Source of the DNA: Okamejei kenojei
Lineage: Eukaryota
DNA: 64,000 bases
Direction of reading: 5' to 3'
Assembly (NCBI GenBank): GCA_035221665.1
Contig: CM069165.1
Span: 18,786,001 to 18,850,000 of the forward strand
The translations under genes and the position numbers were made by a program. This document shows, one piece after another, positions 49,925 through 61,264 of this stretch; the stretch's first letter is position 1, and every line of letters starts with the position of its first letter. The notes beneath the pieces are model-generated. The model saw only the letters and a program-made list of their open reading frames with translations, searched no databases and was not told where the DNA came from.

Positions 49925-50500
49925 AGGTCTAGTCAAGTTTATTGTCATGCACAAACAAGTATGATGAGAGACGGGTACAATAAAAAATCTTGCAGCATTA
50001 CAGGCATGTAGACTCAGACAAGCACACAAAAACAAATTATACGTAAATTATACATTACACATACAATTTCTAAAAAATAAAGAAGACTGCAAATTAAAAA
50101 CAAGACATCAATGCAAAAATGTAATTAGAAAAAAATGTCTGCAGTAGTCAAGAGGTGGATCATAGTGCTTGACTGTAGAGCTAGGATTAGGTCTGTGCAG
50201 ATTGGTTAAGAACCTGATAGTTGTAGAAAGTTAGCTGCTTTTGAACCATGGTGGTGTCCTTCCTGCCCGGTGATAACAGTGCGTATAAGGTTTGATCTGA
50301 ACGGTGGGAATCCTTGATGATGGATGCCACCTTCTTCGGACAGTGTCTCATATCAATGCTTTCAATGAAAGGGAGGGCTATGTCCATGATGAATTGTGCT
50401 GAGTCCACCATTCTCTGCAGCCATCAGTGTCCCTTTGAATTGGAATTGTCATATCAGGCCATGTTGCAATCAGCTAGGAACTTTCCGCAATACCTCTGCA
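49925..50500 (-). mobile_element. Old Rex1/Babar LINE 3' remnant
   Basis: MVDSAQFIMD.ALP.IESI...C.KK.ASIIKDSH, with a TGACAATAAAC tail on the minus strand. Confidence 0.65.
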
Positions 50501-50615
50501 GAAGTTTGCAAGAGTACAGGTACTTGTGTGAACTTGCACTTGTGTAAACAATTTGCAACAAGTGGTTCAGTTTCCTGAATGACCTGTGTTATCGCAACGG
50601 AAGGATGGTGAGGGT

Positions 50616-50716
50616 TTCCCGCAATCTTCAAAGATATAAATGCATCGCTCGGCCTTCCCGCAATCTTCAAAGGTATAAATGCATCGCTCGGCCTTCCCAC
50701 AATTTTCAAAGATATA
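50616..50716. repeat. 39-bp tandem repeat, about 2.6 copies
   Basis: Unit TTCCCGCAATCTTCAAAG(A/G)TATAAATGCATCGCTCGGCC at 50616-50654 and 50655-50693, partial copy 50694-50716. Confidence 0.9.
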
Positions 50717-51719
50717 TTGCTCGGGCTTGCTGCTCTTCCAGTTTCGGCATCTACCAGTGCCACACAGGAACGCAAAACTAGAACGAGGGCTGTTTTCCCG
50801 GCCGAGTCACCAATATTTTCCACAAAATGCATCCGCAAGCCTTTTTTCACCAGTTGCCACACCATCCAGTTGACACAGCTGTTGTTGCGGCTCACGTTGT
50901 AACCCCTGGTTACTACAATCCTCAATGCCCCACTTGAAAAAATAATGTGGAAGAAATCTATCTTACCAGTTAATCATAAATTGTGAAATGATTTTAAGTA
51001 ATACATGGTACAAAAAGATCAACTGGGGTACCTGAATTACCTTTGAATCGAGGGCAAGGAGAATCACACAGTCTATGTTTGTACAGCTAATTCTCATCTA
51101 GCTATCCCACACGGAAGAAAATATTGACCTTGGCTTTCCATAAGTACTCTGTTGTGTCTGCATTTAGTAAATGAAGTTCTTAATACACTGCAATTAGATT
51201 TCAAGCTGGGACATGGAGATGGAGCAATTGCTGGTGTTCCTGCATTTACTTGTAGATGACAGGAGATCTCACATATGGAACATATGGAAATTTGCCCTGC
51301 CAGCTTGGGCAATGCAGAATTCAAAAGCACAATGTCACTGGAAATTTACTTCCTTGAGACACATTTATGAAGCACAATGCAAGTATACCAAGTCACAACA
51401 AACAAAGTGCAGCTTACATTGTTACAGTATATTTACTGTGCATAGAAAACTACAGTAATCTATGACTTCGTTTAATAACAGCACTTGGATGTTTTGTTAA
51501 AAAATAAAATGTTGTTATTTTATGGGTAAGAACTGTAAGCATTACATAGATAACAAAGCACCAACAATAGATATTAAAATGATCAGTAATTTTCTTTTGT
51601 ATTTGTTAGAAAAATATGGAGCAGAACAATGGAGTAATACATTGTTGTTCATGCATTGCTCTGGGATGTTTCCTCTAGACATTTGCATGGAATCAGGGAT
51701 AACTTGCTTCCATTCTGGC

Positions 51720-52300
51720 ATTGAGTGTTCTGAAGTCCGAATGAGACCAATGTAGGAATTGTTGACTCTTCTAAAGATTGGGCAGAAGATGGCTGATAAA
51801 ACAGGCAAGTGCCTGGGTTTGTAAGATGGTGTGCAGTCTCTACGATATGCACAGGACTTCTGTGTGTTCCTGATGCATGCTCTTCAGATTCTATGAACCA
51901 TCTCGAGTGTCCCTTTTCCATCTTAAGCAGTCATGATTCAGAAGTTTCCAGGAACCAATGGAGATGTTGCATGCCTTCAAAGAATACTTGATAACTCTTT
52001 TAAATCTTTTTCTCGATCCACCTAGTAATTTGCTCAAGATAGAACTATCTGTTTCAAAAGTCTGGTGTGTAGTATGCAAATTACATGGCCAGCTTAACCT
52101 TGCTGACTGAAAGAAACAAGGGCCAAAATGATTAGAATGTTGGTTTGAAAGAGGACACCGAGGTTGGTTTATTTGCCCTTCCAGCAAATTTGGAGGATTA
52201 TGTGAAGATAACAATGGTGGTATTTTTTTAGTGCCTTCTGCATGTTGTTCGGGTCTCGCCAGCAGATAGGAGAGCAGTGAATAGAGTTGCCCCCTGGGCT
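51720..52300 (-). mobile_element. Old RTE-clade LINE 3' remnant
   Basis: GGSRKRFK..IK.SLKACNI....W..L..D...W..; H..C..C-like tail; ARLSW. Confidence 0.6.
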
Positions 52301-53924
52301 ACGAGTTTTATGCAAAGTCGGCGGTCCTGGTGATCAAATGCCCTTTTCCTCAATTGACGAGAGACTCTGCTGAATCATTGAATACTCTGCTGAATTTCAT
52401 CATTGATCTTTGGGGTGTTTAGTGTATACCTAAATGGCTGGAACAGATTGTGTTTTGCAAAGAAGTGTATACTAGAATGTGTAAAGAATGTTATTTTTTA
52501 CAAGTAAGGAATTTTTGCAGATGTTACAACCTTGATTCAGAAAAGAAGACAGAGGAGAAAAATATTAATATAACCATAGATAAATGGGAGTGTGTGTGAA
52601 AAAAACACATTTTCATATATGCTATCTCTCAGGACATTCTGTATGATGGATTATATGAAAGATAATTATTGTTTCAATGTAAATGGCTGCACAAAACTAT
52701 CCTCCAATTATCAGTTGATTGAGCAACCTATTTCTGATGATGTTTGTGAGGGAGAGATGTGGTTGAGATAGTAATCCCACGCAAGTTATCTATTACTGAC
52801 TATGACTGTTTTTAAAAAGTTGTTCTTTCATCCTGAAGCAGACATATGGCTTGGATGCTGCTATGCCTCATTTGGAAACTGACAAAGCAGTTTCACTGCA
52901 AACGGGTGAATTTTGTGCATTATTAAGCTTGTATGTGTATGTTTGCAATAGCACCAAACCAAAATTGGTAGTATAATTCAAGTTTAAGATATGAAATCTC
53001 AATATAAATTACTAATGAGAACTAGGTGATTTCATCTTAGCATTTGGTGCATCCTTAACGGAAAGTTGGGATTTATTTTAGTGTTTGTTTCCAGCTTTGG
53101 GCTTTTCCTGTTTGTGAAAAAATAATGAGAATTGTTTCACAAGTATTAACATTTTAATCAACCTTCAGGCGACAACATGGAGGGAAAACAGCAGAGCTAC
53201 ACTGTTTAAGTGGTACATTATAAGTAAAGCCTTGTTTACTAACTGAACAATTTTTGGTACCGTGTCTATGTACCTAAAGTATTAAAATTAATCTAAGCTT
53301 TCCATTGCATGACCTGTGAGACTCTGTTACTGTATTTGATGACTACATGTTCTAGAGTCCTACTGCAGAATATACTGGTGGTTTGGGGGGGGGAAATGAC
53401 ATACCACGTGGCCGACTGTAAACTGGAGAGTACCATTTTTGACCATTAATTATTAATAATTTAAGACTTTTTTTAGTGTGTAATTGCACCTTTCTGTAGT
53501 TCATACTTCAGCAATTTGCTGCTCAGATCTGAAAAAAACATTGGTTTGCTGCTGTGTGCAATTTCACTGCAACTGTGCAGGATATTGGATTTTGAAATAG
53601 TTAAGCTGGAGGAAAAAAGGGCGAGAAATTGCATTTTCTTTTTATGTTTCCAGCTCTTGACTGACATTTTCAATATTTATGTTTTATTTTTTAGGCTGAG
53701 GAATAAGTAATTGTGTGACATGGAAACCACAACTATTTGAATTATTTAAATGATCACAGACTTATACTGTTTCATATGAAACTGTGTAAGCCTGTGATCA
53801 TTTAAATTGTTACATATGCTTCAATCTAGTGATTCGAAGTGATTATGTTAATGAATCACAGAACTTTATGTTCATCTTCATTACAAAGAAAGTGCTATAT
53901 CTGTTTTATAGAAAGTCAGTTAAT

Positions 53925-54632
53925 TTTATTCATCACATGCACCCGAAGGTGCAGTGAAATGAATTTGCCAGCAGCGATACACTTAAAAAGTACACACAAT
54001 ACACAATAGAATTTAACACAAACATCCACCACTGCATTCTTCTCTGTGGTGGAAGACAACAAAGTTCAGTCAGTCCTCCTCCTTCGTTCATCCGTGGTCG
54101 GTGCCATGAACCCTCTGTAGTCTTTGCACACTTGGAGTGCCCGAATCGGCACTTTTCTACCAGAGACCGTGGCTTCAGGATGTTAGAGGCCGCAGGCCGG
54201 CGGTCGGAGCTCTTCTCTGGCGATCCCCAACAAGGGATCCCATGTAAGTCCACGCCGTGCCCGGGGCTACAAACTCCGCAGACCACAGCCCCATGATGTC
54301 AGTCATCAGGCCAGCGATCGGAACACTCCTTTCTGGCGACCCCCAGCCAGGGTTCGCCCGCTCCGTGATGGAAAAGTCCACGCTGCGCCCGCTGCTGAGC
54401 TCCAGGCACGACTCCGGGAAAGGCCGCTCCAATCCAAGCTGTTAGGCCGCGAGAGAGGCGACATGGAAAAAGTCGCCTCTCCGTCGAGGAGGCGACTGAA
54501 AGCGGTTCCCCCCCCACTTCCCACACAAGACACACCAAGAGACACCTAAACTAACATTTAGACACACCAAAAAAAAAGTCGAAATAACGAACACGCTGCT
54601 GGCAGGACAGCTGATTCACAGCGCCCCCACCG
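53925..54632 (-). mobile_element. Full-length GC-rich non-coding element with Rex1-type tail (same family as 172-1005)
   Basis: Minus strand starts GGTGGGGGCGC, T-rich then G-rich blocks, GAGAGGCGAC/GTCGCCTCTC hairpin, CTCGCGGCCTAACAGC; ends TGCACC-TTCG-GGTGCA TGTGATGAATAAA. Confidence 0.7.
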
Positions 54633-55079
54633 ACCTAACAATGTTAGATTCCATCAGCAATACTGCTTTGGACATATCAGTATGTGTTGGCCTTGGAGGT
54701 CGTAAAGCACTGATTTATGAGAATAATCCTGGGCGTTAACATGTCACTTATGAATGAAGGTGACTAATACAGCTTGTTGAGGGGTGATCTAATACAGCTA
54801 TTTCAAATAATGAAAGGATGTATTAGAATGGACATTGGTAATTGTTTCCTCTTGTGGGGAGAAACCAGAACAAGGAAACAAAGCCTTAAAATTGGATCTG
54901 TTAATCTGAGGATGAAATTAGGAAGTTTGATTTCAGCAAGAGGTAGTACAAATTTGGATATTCCCCACCTCGCCCTTGTATTAATTGGAACGTTCAAGAC
55001 TGAAACTGCAAACTTTGTTTGGCAACTTCATCTTAGAATTTGGAGTCAAGCCAGGTAAATGAAGATAGATAAGAGGGAA

Positions 55080-55172
55080 AGGACAGAAAGTGTTGGAGTA
55101 ACTCAGTGGGTTAATCAGCGTATCTGGAGAATATGGATAGGTGATGCTTCGGGTCGGGAAGCTTCTTCAGAC
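55080..55172 (-). mobile_element. Penelope-derived arm (degraded hammerhead)
   Basis: TGGAGTAACTCAG...TTCGGGTCGGGAAGCTTCTTCAGAC. Confidence 0.7.
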
Positions 55173-55583
55173 TGGGAGGGAAATTTGGAAATGATAAAAC
55201 TCAATTTGTACAATTTATTTAGATGTACCATACCTCTTGAGGCTGGAGCTTGAGGTTCATAGACTGGGGGAATTGTTCCCTTGTTTTTCTTCCTGGTAAT
55301 TGCTTTCAATTCTGTGCAGAATAATTTCAGAGCAAGAGTTAGATTGACAAGTCAGTTGTGAGAAACTGGAGTGAAGAGAACAAACAATGTGATGTTGTCT
55401 ACGGATTGCATATGTAACTCAAGCATGTCTATCCTTGATCTGGAAAACAAAGGGCTACACTTTTTTAGCAAAGCTGCAAAGATGGATAAAACATAAATCC
55501 ATTAGGATTGTGCTCGAATCATTGAAATATAGGGAGCAGATCGAGTAATCTTATAACTCAATAAGACTGAATAAAGTGTTGCG

Positions 55584-55873
55584 TTTAGTTTAGAGACACA
55601 ATGCGGAAGCAGGCCCTTCAGCCCATTGAGTCCGTTCTACCAGCGACTACCCCATACACAAACACGATCCTACACACTAAGGACAATTTACAATTTTTAC
55701 TGAAGCCAATTAACTAACAAACCTGTGTGTCTTTGGAATGTGGGAGGAAACTGGAGCAATTGGAGAAAACCTATGCGGTCAGGGGAGAACGTACAACAGC
55801 ACACATAGTTAGGATCGAACCCGGGTCTCTGGCGCTGTAAGACAGCAACTCTACTGCTGCACTACCGTGCCGC
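55584..55873 (-). mobile_element. Near full-length HE1-type SINE
   Basis: Minus strand GCGGCACGGTAGTGCAGCAGTAGAG (A-box region), GGTTCGATCC (B box, 55812-55821), conserved body and (CTAAA)n tail. Confidence 0.88.
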
Positions 55874-56253
55874 TGTTCTAATCTGATTTGTGTTAATCCA
55901 AAAAAAAGAATCCTGTTTAATTAGTTTTAACTCTGCTTTAGTTACTGTGTCCCGAGTGAAATATTGTGTGTTTATCTAACTTGAAAGGGGTAATTAAGAT
56001 TGTATTATCAGCCTAACTTTATAATGGTAAGATGGTTCCTGATTTTCAAATATGGTAGTTACAATATTACTTCAATTCATTCAAATCATTAGATAACTTC
56101 CATGCGATAATGATTGATTGTATCAAGAGCAGCTTTGATAGGCTTAGCTGTCAAAATACAATATTTTGTTGTAGATTGGGAAATGTGTGTGGGAGAAGTC
56201 ATTGAGCTAACAATGTAAGGAAACTGAACAGTCGTTACAATGATGCAGTTGGT

Positions 56254-56440
56254 CTTCTTTTCGTGTCCATCTTGTTACAAATGTTGGCCTCGCTGTCATC
56301 GTCCGTCCTGAAAAGGACGCAGGCTTCCGGCGACAAGCAGTGGAAGCCATCACTTGTCGCAATAGATGATGGTAGTAGCAGAATTAGCTCAGGATACTAC
56401 CAGTTTCCAGCCCCGCGACGTGGACGCTTCTGCTATGGGG
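56254..56440 (-). mobile_element. 187-bp short retroposon with a 5' HDV-like ribozyme, structured body and AAG-rich tail
   Basis: 13-bp TSD TGATGCA(G/A)TTGGT at 56241-56253 and 56441-56453; minus strand ends GAAAAGAAG; CpG-rich relative to its flanks. Confidence 0.8.
56376..56440 (-). ncRNA. HDV-like (CPEB3-type) self-cleaving ribozyme fold
   Basis: P1 CCCC/GGGG(CT), P2 TAGCAGAA/TTCTGCTA, P3 GCG/CGC, L3 TCCACGT, P1.1 CC/GG, J4/2 GCTAA with the catalytic C at 56387. Confidence 0.8.
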
Positions 56441-56845
56441 TGATGCAATTGGTGCATTATGGACATTAATGACTATTGAGTTTTCTTGATCTGTCAAGTT
56501 CTGATTTCTATTGTTAATTTACAGGGTCATTATTGATCACAAAACTGTTTACATTGACATTTATTTTATATTTGTGCTGTCTTGCTGTTTAAGTGTACCC
56601 TTTTTTCTGCAAGATTCATTTGGTGCTGCAAAGGTATCTAGAATTGCTACTATGGAATGGAATTCTTTATTGTCACATGTGCAAGGCACAGGAAATTCTT
56701 TGCTTGCATACCCAATGTATACAAATAGCGGTCTCCTACGGTGCAGACAAAGTTACAAAGCACGCTGGCTCCTCCTTTTGTTCTCAACTAACAAGCACTC
56801 ATAGGTTTATTATTCATAGTGTAACTGGTATGGTTAAATATTAAG

Positions 56846-57089
56846 TGATGACCTCATCATGGTGTGATTTGCTATCTGTTGTCTAGTGTATGAGTCATTC
56901 GTTTTTAAAGGTTTAATTGTTTATCGTGGAGGCTGACGTCCTTCAAGGAAGTGCGACCAATACATTGTTTTTCATTTCATTGGATAAATGAAGCACTATT
57001 GTTCCTGTAAAAAAAAAAATCAATGGTTTCTCGGTTTTCCTTGTATTTTGAATTGACGTGGCATACTTCACCATTAGGGAATGTATAAG
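56846..57089 (+). promoter_or_regulatory. USP54: Candidate alternative promoter / first exon of USP54
   Basis: AP-1 site TGAGTCA 56891, TGACGTC 56934, GGAAGT 56947, CCAAT 56957, ATTGG 56979, TGACGTGG 57054, donor AAG|GTATGA at 57089. Confidence 0.35.
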
Positions 57090-57204
57090 GTATGACAAAG
57101 CAGTTGTCTCATATTTGTGCAATCTGCTGAAGTTAAAGTAAATCTCATTTAACCAGTAAGCTCTGGAACAATCTAATTGTTTTTATGTTCTCCTTTGTTT
57201 TCAG

Positions 57205-58032
57205 ATTTTTGTCCTATAATCTGTAGCTGATCTGAACAATTTAGCAGAAGAACGGACCACTGGGTAAGAGAGATACTGGTCAGTGTACAGACATAACCCA
57301 CGTAAGCTTTGAATACTTGATTAATGATCCAGAAAAGGATTAAGTAACATCTTGGAGCTTTGGCTGCTGCTTTAAAGCAGTGAATTCATAGCCATCGTAT
57401 CAAGGAAGCAAAGGCAGAACGCTGAACAAATAAGGAATACATGATGCAACAGTTAATGAAGTGCTCTGGCTGAACCTGACGTGTTTGCATCTTTCAGAGA
57501 TCGCCGTGCTGTTTCACAGTATTTGAATAACTCTGTGCTGAACTCTGAAGTTCGATATACTTCTATTCGGCTTTCAGTTATTGCTAAGTGATGGGAATCT
57601 TCATTTCCAGATTGTGAGTTAAAAATTACAGCTTGTGGTACTGTGAAAGCTGGGTCACTTTTCTGTGAGTCTAAAACACTGGAGCTGGATTAATGACTCA
57701 AATTAATTGCTTGTGGAGTTATACAAACAATTTGCACAGCTTCAATGTGGGACTAATTTATCATGAGGCACTGTTTTAAAACTTATGTTGGAGCAAAAGA
57801 AAGAAATGTTTGATATTGGTTTTTATCTACAGTACTGTAATGGAATTTCGAGGAATGGGTGCTCAAGGTCTACCCCCTACTATGATGTTTAATGCACATT
57901 CGTGGGATAACTTGAGTGACGTTAAATTTCTACTTTGTCATCTGATGTGAGATGACCTGCCCCTTCGGTTAACAAAAACAGCAATTTTGCTGTAAAACAC
58001 TAAGTATTAAAGTGTGGAAGTATTCAGCTAAG
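57205..58032 (+). other. USP54: USP54 5' UTR region (acceptor at 57204; internal alternative splice sites likely)
   Basis: Branch-point CTAAT 57173, long polypyrimidine tract and CAG; further donors (57263, 57301) and acceptors (57497, 57832); free of recognisable repeats. Confidence 0.55.
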
Positions 58033-58176
58033 ATGTCCTGGAGGAAGAATTATTTCACACCGAACAATAATCTGCAGGGGATGTTTATGCCCCGGAGCAC
58101 AACCTCTATCGCGGCAAGTAAGGGACTAATGAATGAACCTGGGCAGAACAGCTGCTTTCTCAACAGTGCGTTACAA
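58033..58176 (+). CDS. USP54: USP54 first coding exon: [48 protein letters not shown]
   Basis: USP Cys box [18 protein letters not shown]; the MSWxxNYF..QGMFxPRS start is USP54-like rather than USP53 (MAWVKF); donor CAA|GTAAGT. Confidence 0.95.
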
Positions 58177-59214
58177 GTAAGTAGCTCTTCATGTCAGTAT
58201 CTGATATTGCTCGATAGATACAATTTGAGATATAGCTTTTTGGTTTAAATCTTAACAAATTGATGTGCCAACAATTTTTTTTAACGCCTTTAGAAACTAA
58301 AGGATAGCTCATCAAGCACATCACTATTTTGCCATTATTCTAATATATTGTTTTACTTCATTAATTAGAATTCTGAGGCTTTGAGAAATTTCTAATAGGA
58401 AAAAAATGCCAATTACTACTCAGGCTTTACAATTCAAACTGCAGTCTTTACCTGTTAAATATTCTGGTTTAAGTTTTTGGTTTGGATCATACTTTTAATT
58501 GAAATAAGCTTATCTAATGTTTACAAATTATACAGTATTCCTGTTGTTGCCTCCGCTTTGCTAGATTGAATGAGGGCAATTATTACCATGTTGTGACGAC
58601 TTATGATTTTTATCCGATCTCTAAACTTTTCTTCTCGTGGGTGTGTCATGAACATGTTACTTCCTCGCAATCTGATTGAAACGAGGAACGCTCCAATTTC
58701 AGGTGTTCTGGAGAGAGTTTGTGCATGGATGAAACACTTGGGCACATGTATTGCGAGTAGTGCACTTGTGTAACACCAGACTTGTGAATCTAACAAGAAA
58801 ATTGGTGATGGTCAGATTGTTATTCTTCAAGAGTACAGATCAGCTAATGTAACATGCAAGATGAAAGAATTTGCATTTTACATAATAAGGTTTTAAATCT
58901 CCCTGGCCTACTTTTCATTTTAATGTTTCCGATTCAACTATTCAGCCACTGGAGTACACACAGTAGCATACTGGTCATGTTTTAGGACTAGTAATCAGGC
59001 ATGAACCAGTCATTCAGAGATCTGGAGTAATGATTTTGGGACATGTCTTCCAAATCCCATCATGATTGCTGGGAGATTTTAACTCAAAAAAATGTTTTTG
59101 TGAAGGATGACTTTTGTTGATTGAAAACCCACCTAATTCACTAATGAACTTCAGTTTACTCTTGCACCTTTCTTCTTTTACTCTCAAACCAATAACTTCT
59201 AGTTTTTGATTCCC

Positions 59215-60480
59215 CAACCATGGGACAAAAACTGTGTGTATTCACCCTACATATGTCCCTCTATACAAACACCCCACAGTCTCCTTTGCTCCAAGAAATA
59301 AAGGTCTAGCCGGCCCAACCTATCCCTGAGATTCAGTCCCTCGGGTTCTGGCAACATCCTCGTTTATCTTTTCTACACTTTGTTCATCTCAATGGCATCT
59401 GTCCTATGGTGGCAGGTTGACCAAAACTAAACACAATTCTCCAAGTGCGGCCTTATCAAAATCTTGTACAACTATAGCATAATGTTCCAACTTCTATACT
59501 CAATGCTCTTACTAATGAAGGCCAGTTGTCAAAAGCCTACTTCACCATTCTGTCGACCTGTGTCACTACTAGCTGGAAACTATGCATGTGCTCCTCAGTC
59601 TCATCGTTCTACAACACTCCCCAAAGCCCTACTATTCACTGTGAAAGTTCTACCCTGGTTTGACTTACCATAATACAACAGCTTGATGAATTAAATGCAG
59701 TTTCCCAATCCTTGGGCCTCTTACCCAGCTGATTGTGCGTTCACCCTCTCTAATCCCCTCATGATTTTCTAAACCTGTATAAAATCACTCCTTAGCTCCC
59801 TGAACTCCAAGGAATAAAGTCCTTGCTTGCCCAACCTCACCCTATAGCTCAGGTTCTCAGATCCTGACAACACCTTTGTAAATCTTCTGTGCACCCTTTC
59901 CAGCTTAATGACATCCTTCCACCAATATGGTGACCAAAACTGAACATAGTACTCCAAGTATGGCTTCACCTCCATCTTTTAAAACTGTAACATAATGTAC
60001 CAACTCCTATACTTGACACCGTGAGTGATGATGACCAGTGTACCAAAATCCTTATTAACCACCCAATCTACTTGCAGTGCCACCTTCAGGGAACCATGTA
60101 CTCCTAGATTCCTCAACACTCCCCCGGGACCTTACCATTACTGTGACAGTCTTGCCCTGTTTTGACTTCCCAAAATGCAACCCTTCACACTTACCTGCAT
60201 TGAACTCCATTAGCAATTCTTAAGTCCAGCCCACTTGCCCACCTGATCAAGATTCCATTGTAATTCATGATACCACAAATTTTAGTGTCACATGCAAACT
60301 TACTAATCATGTCTTGTACATTCTCATCTAAGTGGTTGATATGGGTGATAGACAACAATGAGCCCAGCACCGATCCTTGAGGCACACCACTAGTCACACT
60401 GCTCGACTTCAAAAACAACGCTCCATCATCATTTCTGCTTCCTACCATTAAGACAATTATATTTCCAATGAGGTAGCTCT
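59215..60480 (-). mobile_element. CR1-type LINE fragments (two tandem overlapping copies)
   Basis: VTSGVPQGSVLG..L, ISKFA.DTKI, LEYYVQFWSP..KDVIKLERV.RRFTK; segments about 59270-59700 and 59780-60210 are homologous. Confidence 0.85.
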
Positions 60481-61171
60481 CCCTGAATCAATTGATGTGA
60501 GCCGGTGCTGTTGCAAAGCAATCTGCTTTTAAACAGAAAATTGGACTTGAATTAAATTTATTGCTGAGGTTATTGCCTGAAATGTAGAAAATAAATTTAA
60601 ATTGTATTATTTTCCCCCTTCAAGGTGACAGTTGAAATTATAGAGAATTTGATACATTTATATGAATTGACAGGATTGAAGATGTGAACAGTGTTGTGGA
60701 GGAGGAGAGGGAATTTTATCTAACTCAGAAATCAACAATGTTAAATTACAAAGTTAGATTGAACAAGTGTAAATGAGTTTAATGGGGGGGTTGATAGATG
60801 CATTTTGTAAAAGAAGAAGTCCAGGCAACAGAAGATGTGCTTTTGTGCTGTTTTCCTGAAGTATCCAAGTATCCTCCCCTTTCTTAACTGGAATACTGTA
60901 TAAGATCATTCATATTTACAAAGACCAGATGTAACCCTTGTGCAAATATTAGCATAGATTTAACTGGCCATGCAAACAGTCATCTTACATTTTGGCAAAT
61001 CTATTGAGAATTCAGAGAAAGTAGTTCTGATGAAAGCAAGCAGTCACCTCAAGCTATGCATTTGTTTTTAATTGAAACATGTTTTTGTTTTACAATATCT
61101 TACATTAGTGAGAATAATATTTAAAATGTCATTGAATAACTTAAGTTATTTCCATAAATCCTCCTTCATAG

Positions 61172-61264
61172 GTTCTTTGGCATCTTGATATTTTTCGAAG
61201 GAGTTTCAGGCAGTTAACCACTCACAAATGTATGGGGGATTCCTGCATCTTCTGTGCTCTCAAG
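61172..61264 (+). CDS. USP54: USP54 second coding exon: [31 protein letters not shown]
   Basis: TAG acceptor ending 61171, donor AAG|GTAGGA, phase 0/0; H-x-C-x4-C-x2-C zinc site of USP53/54; the gene continues beyond the window. Confidence 0.96.

Noticed and set aside
50470-50925. 151-aa ORF as a novel gene
   Set aside because: No ATG start, splice or homology support; length is inflated by the 39-bp tandem repeat
55800-55873. tRNA gene
   Set aside because: The A/B boxes belong to the tRNA-derived head of an HE1-type SINE; no cloverleaf
58033-58176. Assignment as USP53 (with MYOZ2)
   Set aside because: The N-termini (MSWRKNYF; MPLAGTPAP) match USP54 and MYOZ1
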